Positions 10,073 through 18,065 of a stretch of DNA of 29,484 nucleotides are shown here, one piece after another. The notes under the pieces were generated by a model. It saw only the letters and a program-made list of their open reading frames with translations. It did no database searches and had not been told where the DNA came from. Position numbers and translations under genes: made by a program. The stretch comes from a virus (Duplodnaviria; Caudoviricetes): positions 1-29,484 of the IMG/VR virus record IMGVR_UViG_3300005805_000329; one strand, 5' to 3'. Within the stretch, counting starts at the first letter, position 1. Each line of letters opens with the position of its first letter.

Positions 10073-10595
10073 ACCTATATTGTAAGTTGCGTAAATTTTG
10101 TTTAATTTCAGTTATAAGGTAGTGAGCTGAGGTAACCGGTATATCAAAGTACTTAGCCATGCTTCTAGCTGTGGTATATCCTTTATCAATGTATGCCTCA
10201 AATACTATCCTGTGCACGTTATCACTTATTTGTGATCTATATATCTCAATCATCCCCTTGTGAGTGCTGTATATCTTATCCTCAAGTATCTTAGCCTGTA
10301 GGTCCTGCTCATCATCTGCCTCATCACTGGGCTCATACTCCATGGATGTGACCCTATCATCCCTATGGCTCAAAGATGTGTTCCATAGGATTTGATATTT
10401 GATTGTATTCAGTAGATAGCTTTTTACCTGCTCCTCGCTTTCAGCATCCTCATTGATGGTAAGCACATGAAGATAGCTGTTATTTATTACCGTGTCTGCC
10501 TCTATTCTGCTCCCTAATTTAGTGAGAAAGTACAGCGTGTAAGCTCTTACCTCATGGTAATGGTTATTAATGTACCTGTCTAAGAGCTTTTTCAT
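10050..10595 (-). CDS. Phage sigma70-family (ECF-like) RNA polymerase sigma factor
   Basis: 181 aa from MKKLLDRY; region-2-like EADTVINNSYLHVL...KSYLLNTIK; acidic linker; region-4-like HTH RIVFEAYIDKGYTTARSMAKYFDIPVTSAHYLITEIKQNLR. Confidence 0.7.
   Translation of the reverse strand: MKKLLDRYINNHYHEVRAYTLYFLTKLGSRIEADTVINNSYLHVLTINEDAESEEQVKSYLLNTIKYQILWNTSLSHRDDRVTSMEYEPSDEADDEQDLQAKILEDKIYSTHKGMIEIYRSQISDNVHRIVFEAYIDKGYTTARSMAKYFDIPVTSAHYLITEIKQNLRNLQYRYESFSNN
10073..10103 (-). promoter_or_regulatory. Putative phage late promoter 3 (inside the 3' end of the sigma gene)
   Basis: AAACA-N16-CAATATAGGT abutting the ATG at 10072. Confidence 0.7.
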
Positions 10596-10782
10596 ACCAT
10601 ACCATAAAATCTTTGTACCACACTTTCCTCCTAACCGATGCACAAAAGCACTCTCTAGGCTGTGGGCCATCATACTTTTGACGTATCTTGTAGAGCTGCA
10701 CGCATGAATGCTTAGAGTACTTCACAGCATCTGATTGTGCATCAATCTTATCTACTATCTCTATGTCAGTTTGTTCAAACAT
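10567..10782 (-). CDS. Small Cys-containing protein (71 aa)
   Basis: MFEQTDIEIVDK...HSC...RECFCAS; overlaps both neighbours. Confidence 0.6.
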   Translation of the reverse strand: MFEQTDIEIVDKIDAQSDAVKYSKHSCVQLYKIRQKYDGPQPRECFCASVRRKVWYKDFMVWYEKALRQVH

Positions 10783-11009
10783 AATTCTAATGCATAGGCA
10801 CCCAGTGCTGCTTGACATGCTAGGATAAAATCCTGATGCCATGCCAATGTAAGCCAAAAGGCCACACACTTACTACAGCTCAATGCATCTAGTAATTGTA
10901 TGGCCCATGTGCCAGGTATAAAGGACATGTAAATCCTAGTAATAGTTGCTTGTAGTGGTTCAAAATTGCACCACCACCAAGCTATAGGTATGAGGTATAT
11001 AAGTTCCAT
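10761..11009 (-). CDS. Small membrane protein with CxxC (DUF1360-like)
   Basis: Hydrophobic 82 aa with LSCSKCVAFW motif; host-type promoter just upstream. Confidence 0.6.
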   Translation of the reverse strand: MELIYLIPIAWWWCNFEPLQATITRIYMSFIPGTWAIQLLDALSCSKCVAFWLTLAWHQDFILACQAALGAYALELCLNKLT

Positions 11010-11221
11010 TTGTCTGACAAATATACTCTAAAAAATGAATCATATATCTCAGTGGTAACATTCCTACCCTGCATGAAGCGGTATAGCTTAGCATAATTTA
11101 CCCTCATATCCTCAGATAGATGGGTTAGCTTATATCTCTTGGATAGCTTGCCCCGTATCTCTTTACGCATCCATTCGGATAGCTGTTGGTCCTCAGAAAG
11201 GTAGATCGTCACTGCTCTCAT
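10982..11221 (-). CDS. Small HTH (XRE/Cro-like) DNA-binding protein
   Basis: KLTHLSEDMRVNYAKLYRFMQG resembles a helix-turn-helix. Confidence 0.55.
   Translation of the reverse strand: MRAVTIYLSEDQQLSEWMRKEIRGKLSKRYKLTHLSEDMRVNYAKLYRFMQGRNVTTEIYDSFFRVYLSDKWNLYTSYL
11018..11025 (-). promoter_or_regulatory. Bacteroidota sigma-A -7 element for the sigma-factor operon
   Basis: TATATTTG (consensus TAnnTTTG) 8 nt upstream of the ATG at 11009. Confidence 0.6.
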
Positions 11222-11549
11222 CTGTAGTGTCAAAAGTTTTTCTTAATTTATCAACAGCACTGTTCTCAGTACTTGAGCTCAAGCTCATGGTCCATGCTTC
11301 AATAGAGTTGAAGTACTTGATTGTACCATCCTGTGCCTCCCATCTGCGGCCTCTTAGGTTGTAACTGACCTCTACCACTTCACCTGTTTTAAGGTTGTTT
11401 GCTAGATCGCATTTATCCTGCGTTAACTGGAAGGTTACATACTGAGGATACTCATCCTGCGATTTCAGGGTTACTTCTCTTTTCTTGAATTTGTCAGATA
11501 CTGACGTTGTAGGGGTAACGAATACCACCTCTCCTTTGAATTTACTCAT
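11193..11549 (-). CDS. DUF3127-like OB-fold ssDNA-binding protein
   Basis: FKKREV...EYPQYVTFQLTQDKC...VEVSYNLRGRRW...YFNSIEAW, acidic tail ending DDLPF. Confidence 0.85.
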   Translation of the reverse strand: MSKFKGEVVFVTPTTSVSDKFKKREVTLKSQDEYPQYVTFQLTQDKCDLANNLKTGEVVEVSYNLRGRRWEAQDGTIKYFNSIEAWTMSLSSSTENSAVDKLRKTFDTTDESSDDLPF

Positions 11550-11637
11550 GGTTATTTATGTATTTGATATAGTTTATTGTTGAAATCCACCCCCACACTA
11601 TTGCAGGAGCTAATAAAATTGCTGCTAATATAATCAT
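11542..11637 (-). CDS. Tiny membrane peptide (31 aa)
   Basis: MIILAAILLAPAIVWGWISTINYIKYINNHE; ATGA overlap with the upstream gene; fills the gap. Confidence 0.5.
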   Translation of the reverse strand: MIILAAILLAPAIVWGWISTINYIKYINNHE

Positions 11638-11882
11638 TGTATTAAAGTTATTACTATTACTGTTCCTACTATGTACCCAAAAGACAGTGCAACTGCATTG
11701 AGTACTCTTTCATTCCAATTAGTAGCCTCAATCATGTAGCCTAGGAATGGGAGCCCAAGGAATGGACCAATGGCTGCGAATAATATCATACCAGGTGCAT
11801 TGCCCTCGGATACAAATCTAATGTAAAATGTAGAGCATATCTCTATGACAAGAGCTGAAAGAAAGATTATAGGATATCTCAT
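11634..11882 (-). CDS. Small three-TM membrane protein
   Basis: 82 aa with three hydrophobic segments; ATGA overlaps on both sides. Confidence 0.7.
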   Translation of the reverse strand: MRYPIIFLSALVIEICSTFYIRFVSEGNAPGMILFAAIGPFLGLPFLGYMIEATNWNERVLNAVALSFGYIVGTVIVITLIQ

Positions 11883-12100
11883 TTGTCTAGGTTTATTTCG
11901 TTATCATTTAGGCTACTGATCAGGAAGTCTTGTATCTTCTCCACTATCTCATATTGTGCATCCGGTAGGTCTCCATACTTCAACATACTACGGAGCTCTG
12001 ATTTGAGCTCCCATAGTACATTAAGCATATCCTGGCCTTTGATGGCACAGTAGTGTTCTGCCTGCTCTTCAGGTAGATTGAATTCAATTATTGCTTTCAT
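11879..12100 (-). CDS. Conserved phage hypothetical protein (73 aa)
   Basis: Start MKAIIEFNLPEE, a common phage small-protein N-terminus. Confidence 0.7.
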   Translation of the reverse strand: MKAIIEFNLPEEQAEHYCAIKGQDMLNVLWELKSELRSMLKYGDLPDAQYEIVEKIQDFLISSLNDNEINLDK

Positions 12101-12293
12101 AGGTTTCTTTGTAGTATTCTTGTGAGGTAATAAGTTCGTTTTGTATGCCTTTATTCCATCCATTAGTGTGAGCCTTAATTATCTGCTCTTTCTCCATCTC
12201 TTTGGCTTGTTCTAAACATTTGTTAATTGAACGTATATCTAATGGTGTTAAAAGTATATGTTCATATAACCACTCTACTGCTGTCTGTTTCAT
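12084..12293 (-). CDS. MKQTAVEWL-family hypothetical protein
   Basis: MKQTAVEWL...EQAKEMEKEQIIKA...YYKETY, common in Flavobacteriia phages. Confidence 0.8.
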   Translation of the reverse strand: MKQTAVEWLYEHILLTPLDIRSINKCLEQAKEMEKEQIIKAHTNGWNKGIQNELITSQEYYKETYESNN

Positions 12294-12505
12294 AATTCTT
12301 TTTTAAGTTTCTCTATATAAAGAGTAGCATCCATTAGCTCCTCCTGCAGATGGTTAAGCCATCCATGCAGGTCAACATCTTTTCTATCCAGGTTAGTACC
12401 GTACTTAGCCTGCCCCCTCTTACTCCTCTCATAGTACTTAGCCATCACTGCCAATAGGATGCTGTCCTCTTGTTTAATTGGCTCTTGTTCGTGTGTTATG
12501 TTCAT
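12290..12505 (-). CDS. Putative all-alpha NTP pyrophosphohydrolase (MazG-like)
   Basis: RSKRGQAKYGTNLDR...WLNHLQEELMDATLY with EExxD motif. Confidence 0.55.
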   Translation of the reverse strand: MNITHEQEPIKQEDSILLAVMAKYYERSKRGQAKYGTNLDRKDVDLHGWLNHLQEELMDATLYIEKLKKEL

Positions 12506-13125
12506 TTGTTCTTTAATTGGGTTAATACTTCGTTGTAGAACTCAGTAGCTAGGATTAATCTCTCAGCCATCTGTATCTCAATCTCTTTATCTCTTTCAAA
12601 GGTAATGGATGTGATACGTTTCTCAGGTGCAATATGATCTACATAGTGTACTGCTGCATTCTCATACTCACTCATGTTCTCAGGTGAAGTAGTTACCATG
12701 ACATAGCACAGCTCAAATTTAGGCATATCATATAGCCACATGTATGCTCTACCTTGCCACTCATAGTCAGATAGGTCCTTGAGCTCGTATGTAGTAGCAG
12801 GGAACGTGTCTAAGGACCATGATGTCTTAATATCTATGATGGATGTATCAGTGATGATATCACAGCATCCGGATAGCCATTCATTCTCTACCCTCTCCTC
12901 ATTCTTTTTATAGTCCTCTAGCCTAACCAAGTTAAGTAGGTCAATACTGTCCTGTTCCTGAGTTAATCCTTTGATTATATATTTGCTGTTCAGCTCAGTC
13001 CGATACTCAAAGAAATCCTCTTTTGCCTTTTGGATGATGTAGCTCTTAGCTGTTTGGCTTAATGCCTCCCCCTTAGTTCTGGAGGAGGTCATTAACTTGC
13101 CTAATGATGATGCTCTGAATTTCAT
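12502..13125 (-). CDS. YqaJ/lambda-exonuclease-like PD-(D/E)xK nuclease
   Basis: FRASSLGKLM, GCCD...IDIKTSW, YEWQGRAYMWL; next to the ERF gene. Confidence 0.8.
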   Translation of the reverse strand: MKFRASSLGKLMTSSRTKGEALSQTAKSYIIQKAKEDFFEYRTELNSKYIIKGLTQEQDSIDLLNLVRLEDYKKNEERVENEWLSGCCDIITDTSIIDIKTSWSLDTFPATTYELKDLSDYEWQGRAYMWLYDMPKFELCYVMVTTSPENMSEYENAAVHYVDHIAPEKRITSITFERDKEIEIQMAERLILATEFYNEVLTQLKNK

Positions 13126-13697
13126 AGCTGTGCCTCCTGCTCTTTTGTTAGGTTATACATCTCTTTAATCTGCTCAGGAGTAAACTTACCTGCTTTCACA
13201 GCATTCAGTGCCTTATCCCATCTCTCACCATCTAGAGTAGGTTTTGCCTTAGGTGCCTTGCTTGCGGTCTCTCCATCATCATCTATAGCCTGTAAAGATA
13301 GTAAGCTAACCAATGTACCTCTACGGAAGTAAGTAATGCAACTCAATAGCTTCTGAGGATCTAAAATAGCAGGCAATTCTAATGCACTCTCTACACTCTC
13401 CCCATTTTCTACATCAATTATCCTAGTAATGACCTTACCATCTACCACAGGCTGCATTAAGATTAGGCCGCAATCCATTAGAATAGGCTCAACCGTATCA
13501 ATAATACTATTAATATCAGCGTATGAACGCTTAAAATGGGGATTAGTGGCATTCTTAATGACCTTACCCATTGACTGCTTAGCACAGTGCAATTTTTGGT
13601 AGATGTTGAGGGTAACCACCTCAGGTGCTGTTTGCTCTGTAGGAGTATTAGAAATTACTAACTCTCCTGTTGTTTTGTCTTTTCTTACTGTTGCCAT
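13122..13697 (-). CDS. erf: ERF-family single-strand annealing protein
   Basis: KNATNPHFKRSYADINSI...DPQKLLSCITYFRRGTLVSLLSL..DDDG. Confidence 0.88.
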   Translation of the reverse strand: MATVRKDKTTGELVISNTPTEQTAPEVVTLNIYQKLHCAKQSMGKVIKNATNPHFKRSYADINSIIDTVEPILMDCGLILMQPVVDGKVITRIIDVENGESVESALELPAILDPQKLLSCITYFRRGTLVSLLSLQAIDDDGETASKAPKAKPTLDGERWDKALNAVKAGKFTPEQIKEMYNLTKEQEAQL

Positions 13698-13720
13698 AAT
13701 TTTAAGGTATTAAATTTCTA

Positions 13721-13728
13721 CAAATATA
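13721..13728 (-). promoter_or_regulatory. Bacteroidota sigma-A -7 element for the recombination operon
   Basis: TATATTTG in the AT-rich intergenic gap, 23 nt upstream of the erf ATG. Confidence 0.65.
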
Positions 13729-13743
13729 CAAATAATATATTCA

Positions 13744-13968
13744 CTAAGATAAAAAATGTGCTAAAAATTTTAACTCAGTAGCAAAATATATATATTCTCC
13801 TTTTAGTAATGGGCTCTTATGAACTATAAATCCATCATAATGGCTATGCTCATATTCATACTCTGGGCTCATCCAGAATCTTACATCTAATTCTCTGAGC
13901 TTATCTCTAGTCCAATGTGGTTTTAGCTCATCTATCATTCTATCTAGGATATCAGTATCTAGCTGCAT
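13744..13968 (-). CDS. Hypothetical protein (74 aa)
   Basis: ORF overlapping the upstream gene; no recognisable motif. Confidence 0.55.
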   Translation of the reverse strand: MQLDTDILDRMIDELKPHWTRDKLRELDVRFWMSPEYEYEHSHYDGFIVHKSPLLKGEYIYFATELKFLAHFLS

Positions 13969-14414
13969 GACTGTATGAATTGATTATACCACTCCACAAA
14001 ACTATCGAAATCCTTAGCTATAATGTAGATACCTCCTGCTTTCTCTATATGTTCTTGGTATCTTTTCTGTGCTTCAGATTGTCTATCTTTTATCTTGACC
14101 TCTATCTTTACTGAACGGCCTTTAATGGTAGCAGATATATCGGCACTCCCTGCTGTAGATGTGCCCTTTGTCCAGGTTACACCGATCACCTTACCGGCAG
14201 TAGTTTTTTTCTCACGAGCTGTGCCCATAGTATTAATACGCTCTGCCTGATATCCATGATAGTTAATATAATCGCAGATTGCCTTGGTCAATCCGTTTGC
14301 TGTTGAGTCTTTGTACATAGTCTTAGGTATATAGTCTTGTGGGTAATTAGGGTGAGTAATGGCATAGCGTTGAAGCTTCAGCTCATGAAGCAGTGCCTTA
14401 TATTCTTTTTTCAT
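13959..14414 (-). CDS. VRR-NUC/Holliday-junction-resolvase-like nuclease
   Basis: GSADIS...KIEVK..DRQSEAQKRYQEHIEKAGGIY. Confidence 0.8.
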   Translation of the reverse strand: MKKEYKALLHELKLQRYAITHPNYPQDYIPKTMYKDSTANGLTKAICDYINYHGYQAERINTMGTAREKKTTAGKVIGVTWTKGTSTAGSADISATIKGRSVKIEVKIKDRQSEAQKRYQEHIEKAGGIYIIAKDFDSFVEWYNQFIQSCS

Positions 14415-14647
14415 AGTTTTACATTCAGTACATACTCCTGTTTATCTTTCCATGCTTTCACCTGGTATTGACCCTTGGGTAATTGCATCCATGTCTCGCC
14501 AAAAGTAGGTACAGTATCAGTGTAACCTATTACCTGAATGTAGTCGTATTGGTCTAACTTTATGTATCCGTATGCATCACATTGCTGTGAGCTCTTGCAC
14601 CCTGTTAGTATACTAACTAACAAGAGTAATTTCAAAATATCTACCAT
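14411..14647 (-). CDS. Small lipoprotein (78 aa)
   Basis: MVDILKLLLLVSILTG-C signal peptide with lipobox. Confidence 0.55.
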   Translation of the reverse strand: MVDILKLLLLVSILTGCKSSQQCDAYGYIKLDQYDYIQVIGYTDTVPTFGETWMQLPKGQYQVKAWKDKQEYVLNVKL

Positions 14648-16931
14648 GTTGGTCTTTGTTTTTAGTGAATTTATATCCTTTATAGGTTGCATAGGCTTGC
14701 ACCCATTTAAGGTACTTCCTGCTGTCAATATCTTTGAACCCATTGGTATCTGCTTGGAATGACTCAATGCTGCTCTTGTTATAGTGTCTTACATCCAATG
14801 ATATATTCCCATCCATGACATAGTCATAAAATTCCTTGCATGTGTTTTGGATGAAACGCTTAGCATTGGCATTAATGGATACACTTCTCACCAATCCATT
14901 CTGGAGGTACATCTGCAGGTTAGATAGCATGTAGTTATCAAATGCACTCCATTCATCTGTACTCCACTCATCAAATAATAGCTTACCATACTCATCCTGT
15001 GGGTTACGCTGTGAGTTGAAGTACTGAAAGAACTCTATCTCATGCCTCCTCCTGTCATGTGAGGTACCGGCACCACTTATCACATAGTTGGTAGTGATAA
15101 CTATCTTGGGTGAACGTTCAAATGGGATGTAGATCTCATCCTTGTTCTTTCGGTTGACCGGTATACCCTCAGTGATTAGTGAGAACAGTTGCTCAAAGTC
15201 AAAGTGCTTTTTCACATCATCAAATGCTAGCACCTGAGTATCCATGTTAACCCGTTGGTACACAAAGTCATTCTTACTTGGGTTGTATGCCTTACCATCT
15301 ATCTTGATTATTTTTCGGATATTGCCGATTGCTGTCAACATCAAGCTCTTACCACTACCTCCGTTGGGGTTATCATCAATCTCTTGGTCATTAAAGATTA
15401 TTGCCTTTTGGTCAGTCTTATCTTTGAATGTGTGGATGAGGTAGCCAAGTGTTGACTCCATTGCTTTGATACGTTGCTCATCCTGGGCTGAAACCTTATG
15501 TACAAAATCTTGAAAATTATTATCGTGTATCGCGATTTGGGTATATTTTCTTTTGATTATTTGCTCTTTCCAAATGTAGCCATCAATATCAATGTAGCTC
15601 ATGAGCTCCACCTTGTCCTTGGATACCTTGGCTACTCCGTTAAGGAATGGGATGTAACTAACATACCGGCTATCCTGCAGGATACGCATGTCAATGGACT
15701 CTAGCATGTTCAGGTGTGACTCGGTGAAGAGTTGAGCACTCTTAGCACAGTGATTGTACACGTCAAGTTCACCCTTGGCTAGGCAGTACTTAAGTACAAA
15801 GTCCTTGATTAGCTCCACTGAGCTCTCACTAACCTTGTTTTCCTCAATGTATACATAGGTAGGCTTATTGCTACGTTCCGGATAGTACTTAGCAAAGCCA
15901 TGTTTTTGCAGAAATTTAGCATAGTCATGTGGTACAATAGTAATTTTCTTACCATCTGCCTGCCAAAATACATCATCACTATTTTGTACCTCCTCTTTCA
16001 CTGACTCAATTATAGCACTACTAACACCTAGCTGTTTTTGGATGTCCTCATCCTTAATACCCTCTTTTAATTTTAGCTTGACCTTGTTAACGGTGTTTGC
16101 ATCCTCAAAGTACCTGGTGTTGAAGTTGCTACTTTTGTATGCATTGGCCACAGTGTTATTGATTTCACCTGCTGTAAAGTCCTCCTGTGCATATTGCAGG
16201 AGGTAATTCTTAGCAGCATACTGATCTACACCATACTCACACATACAGCAGGCCACCTTGAATATCCAATTATTCCTACTGCCTTGTCCAAATTTACCAA
16301 AATTAAACTTCATGATTAGCTCAATGATACGGTCCTCATTAGCAATGGGTAGCACTGCTATCTTTTCTGCCTTGTGGTATCCTTTATCCTGGGTAATTCC
16401 TTGGAACACCTCGCAGAACTCATTGAGGTATGCATCAGGGTCATAGCTTTCAAAGCAAACCCTTGACACGTTGCTATTGGCCACGTCAAAATAATCACTA
16501 TTGATATATTCCTTGTAAGCTTCAAACCTCCGTTTGTGTTCAAACTTGTTACTCTCAGGTGTACGGATAACTACCTTGAGTCCATTTCCTGAGGGTGAGG
16601 TGAACATCATGTAAACATACGGACATTCCTTGAGCCTGTTCCGTTCAGCTGTCAAAGTTTCCTTATCAGGATACTTATCAAAGTCTAGGACACAAAGCCC
16701 TGAGTGTTGGATGAGTCCATCATCCTTGCGTTCAGAGAATGTACCGTTAAACATGATGGCCATGAGTTGCATCTTGCTTTCACTATCTCCAGCACGCAGT
16801 TTCTTAATCTTATTAATCAGCTCGGGGTTACCTTGCTTAATTCTGTTGTACACTTCTATTGCCTCAAGTGTGAAAGGTGTTTCTTTGGAGTTAAACAAGC
16901 TCCTGAAAACTGATATTTTTGGGTTATACAT
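14613..16931 (-). CDS. Primase-polymerase (VirE_N/BT4734-like) - PriCT - SF3 helicase fusion
   Basis: HSGLCVLDFD, FTSPSGNGLK, SNVSRVCFESYDP; PriCT-like GSRNN; Walker A NGGSGKS, Walker B LAFDD, motif C KIVITTN. Confidence 0.88.
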   Translation of the reverse strand: MYNPKISVFRSLFNSKETPFTLEAIEVYNRIKQGNPELINKIKKLRAGDSESKMQLMAIMFNGTFSERKDDGLIQHSGLCVLDFDKYPDKETLTAERNRLKECPYVYMMFTSPSGNGLKVVIRTPESNKFEHKRRFEAYKEYINSDYFDVANSNVSRVCFESYDPDAYLNEFCEVFQGITQDKGYHKAEKIAVLPIANEDRIIELIMKFNFGKFGQGSRNNWIFKVACCMCEYGVDQYAAKNYLLQYAQEDFTAGEINNTVANAYKSSNFNTRYFEDANTVNKVKLKLKEGIKDEDIQKQLGVSSAIIESVKEEVQNSDDVFWQADGKKITIVPHDYAKFLQKHGFAKYYPERSNKPTYVYIEENKVSESSVELIKDFVLKYCLAKGELDVYNHCAKSAQLFTESHLNMLESIDMRILQDSRYVSYIPFLNGVAKVSKDKVELMSYIDIDGYIWKEQIIKRKYTQIAIHDNNFQDFVHKVSAQDEQRIKAMESTLGYLIHTFKDKTDQKAIIFNDQEIDDNPNGGSGKSLMLTAIGNIRKIIKIDGKAYNPSKNDFVYQRVNMDTQVLAFDDVKKHFDFEQLFSLITEGIPVNRKNKDEIYIPFERSPKIVITTNYVISGAGTSHDRRRHEIEFFQYFNSQRNPQDEYGKLLFDEWSTDEWSAFDNYMLSNLQMYLQNGLVRSVSINANAKRFIQNTCKEFYDYVMDGNISLDVRHYNKSSIESFQADTNGFKDIDSRKYLKWVQAYATYKGYKFTKNKDQHGRYFEITLVS

Positions 16932-16936
16932 GGTTA

Positions 16937-16944
16937 CAAATATA
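16937..16944 (-). promoter_or_regulatory. Bacteroidota sigma-A -7 element for the primase-helicase gene
   Basis: TATATTTG 5 nt upstream of the ATG at 16931. Confidence 0.6.
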
Positions 16945-17132
16945 AATTAAAGACAATAAATTCCAATTAAAGACGATAAATAAAAATCATCGTCCACTCT
17001 ATAAGCTAATGCTGTATTGACTTACAGCGATTTATGGACGATAAGACGATAAATTTTCCAAAGTACAAACTTTTTTAGTGGTGTATTTTATAGAGACCCT
17101 ATATAAGAGAACTGTCCTATCGTCCAATCGTC
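16945..17132. repeat. Putative replication origin with GACGAT iterons
   Basis: 17-bp direct repeat AATTAAAGACRATAAAT (16945, 16965); GACGAT at 16972, 17037, 17045; inverted ATCGTC at 16989, 17119, 17127; hairpin GCTGTA-N6-TACAGC at 17011-17028. Confidence 0.65.
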
Positions 17133-17134
17133 AT

Positions 17135-17160
17135 AAAAAAGAGGGAGCCTTGACCCCCTC
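17135..17160 (-). terminator. Rho-independent terminator of the early operon
   Basis: GAGGGGGT-caag-GCTCCCTC followed by T6 on the minus strand. Confidence 0.75.
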
Positions 17161-17182
17161 TCTAGTATTAACCCTTAAAAAA

Positions 17183-17635
17183 TTATGATAGCTCAAATGT
17201 AGTACTAATCTCATTCTTAGTCATTCTCTCTTGAAAACTTTTTAACAATTTAGTAGGGAAGTTACCTGTGATTGTTACCCTAGTTTCTTCGTCATCTATC
17301 GGCATAACATCGACATCAAAGATATTAATGTCAGCTCGTTTTGGTCTAATGAGTTCTGGAATGGGGTATATCATCTTGAGGTAGTTTTGGTCCTTTCTTT
17401 GATACCAATACTTGTGCTCTTGAATTCCATGCACCACCGTACTATGATCGCGGTTAAAGTACTGACCAATCATTGTAGTGGTCATGTGCCGGTTCTCATA
17501 CATATAGTTGTACAGGTAGTACCTCTTGCTAACTATGTCCTGCTTTCTGCTAGGAGTATCTAGCTGATATGCCCTAATGATATCCACGATATCCTCATTC
17601 AGGACCTTGCTTAGTTCAAATAATTCCTCACTCAT
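17183..17635 (-). CDS. Protein with DnaA C-terminal (domain IV)-like HTH
   Basis: SRKQDIVSKR...IGQYFNRDHSTVVHG matches the DnaA signature R-D-H-[TS]-T-V. Confidence 0.75.
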   Translation of the reverse strand: MSEELFELSKVLNEDIVDIIRAYQLDTPSRKQDIVSKRYYLYNYMYENRHMTTTMIGQYFNRDHSTVVHGIQEHKYWYQRKDQNYLKMIYPIPELIRPKRADINIFDVDVMPIDDEETRVTITGNFPTKLLKSFQERMTKNEISTTFELS

Positions 17636-17820
17636 ATCTCTTGAATTTTATAGCCCCATTGCAGATACTGCTCTAGGGTTTCTGGTTCCTCATTCTCTTG
17701 ATAAGCAAAGTTAAGCTGTCTTAAATATCCTTTCTCATCCATCCCCATGTAGCACCATGTGCCACCCTCTGGCTCTACTGTATCCTCAAGCCACATTCTG
17801 TAGTATTTTACGTATTTCAT
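17632..17820 (-). CDS. Hypothetical protein (62 aa)
   Basis: Tight start/stop overlaps on both sides. Confidence 0.65.
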   Translation of the reverse strand: MKYVKYYRMWLEDTVEPEGGTWCYMGMDEKGYLRQLNFAYQENEEPETLEQYLQWGYKIQEI

Positions 17821-18065
17821 TAGTCTAATCTTTTAGGGTCATTAACTCCTTTGAACAGGTTGCTTGTAGTAGCTATCATTCCGGTAGCTTTCATGAAGTC
17901 AACCTCAGCCTTAGCACTGTTTATCACTGAGTTAGACAGGTTAGAAATTGCCTGAGCCTTTTCTACTTCCGTAGATAGTTGTTCAGGTGTTAGCTCATCA
18001 TCATTTAATCTCTCTAGAGCTGCAAAGAGGTGATCTCTAAGATCGTTCATTCCGTTTCTTGCCAT
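17820..18065 (-). CDS. Conserved helical phage protein, partner of the HNH-like gene
   Basis: DLRDHLFAALERLNDDEL...EVEKAQAISNLSNSVINSAK. Confidence 0.75.
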   Translation of the reverse strand: MARNGMNDLRDHLFAALERLNDDELTPEQLSTEVEKAQAISNLSNSVINSAKAEVDFMKATGMIATTSNLFKGVNDPKRLD

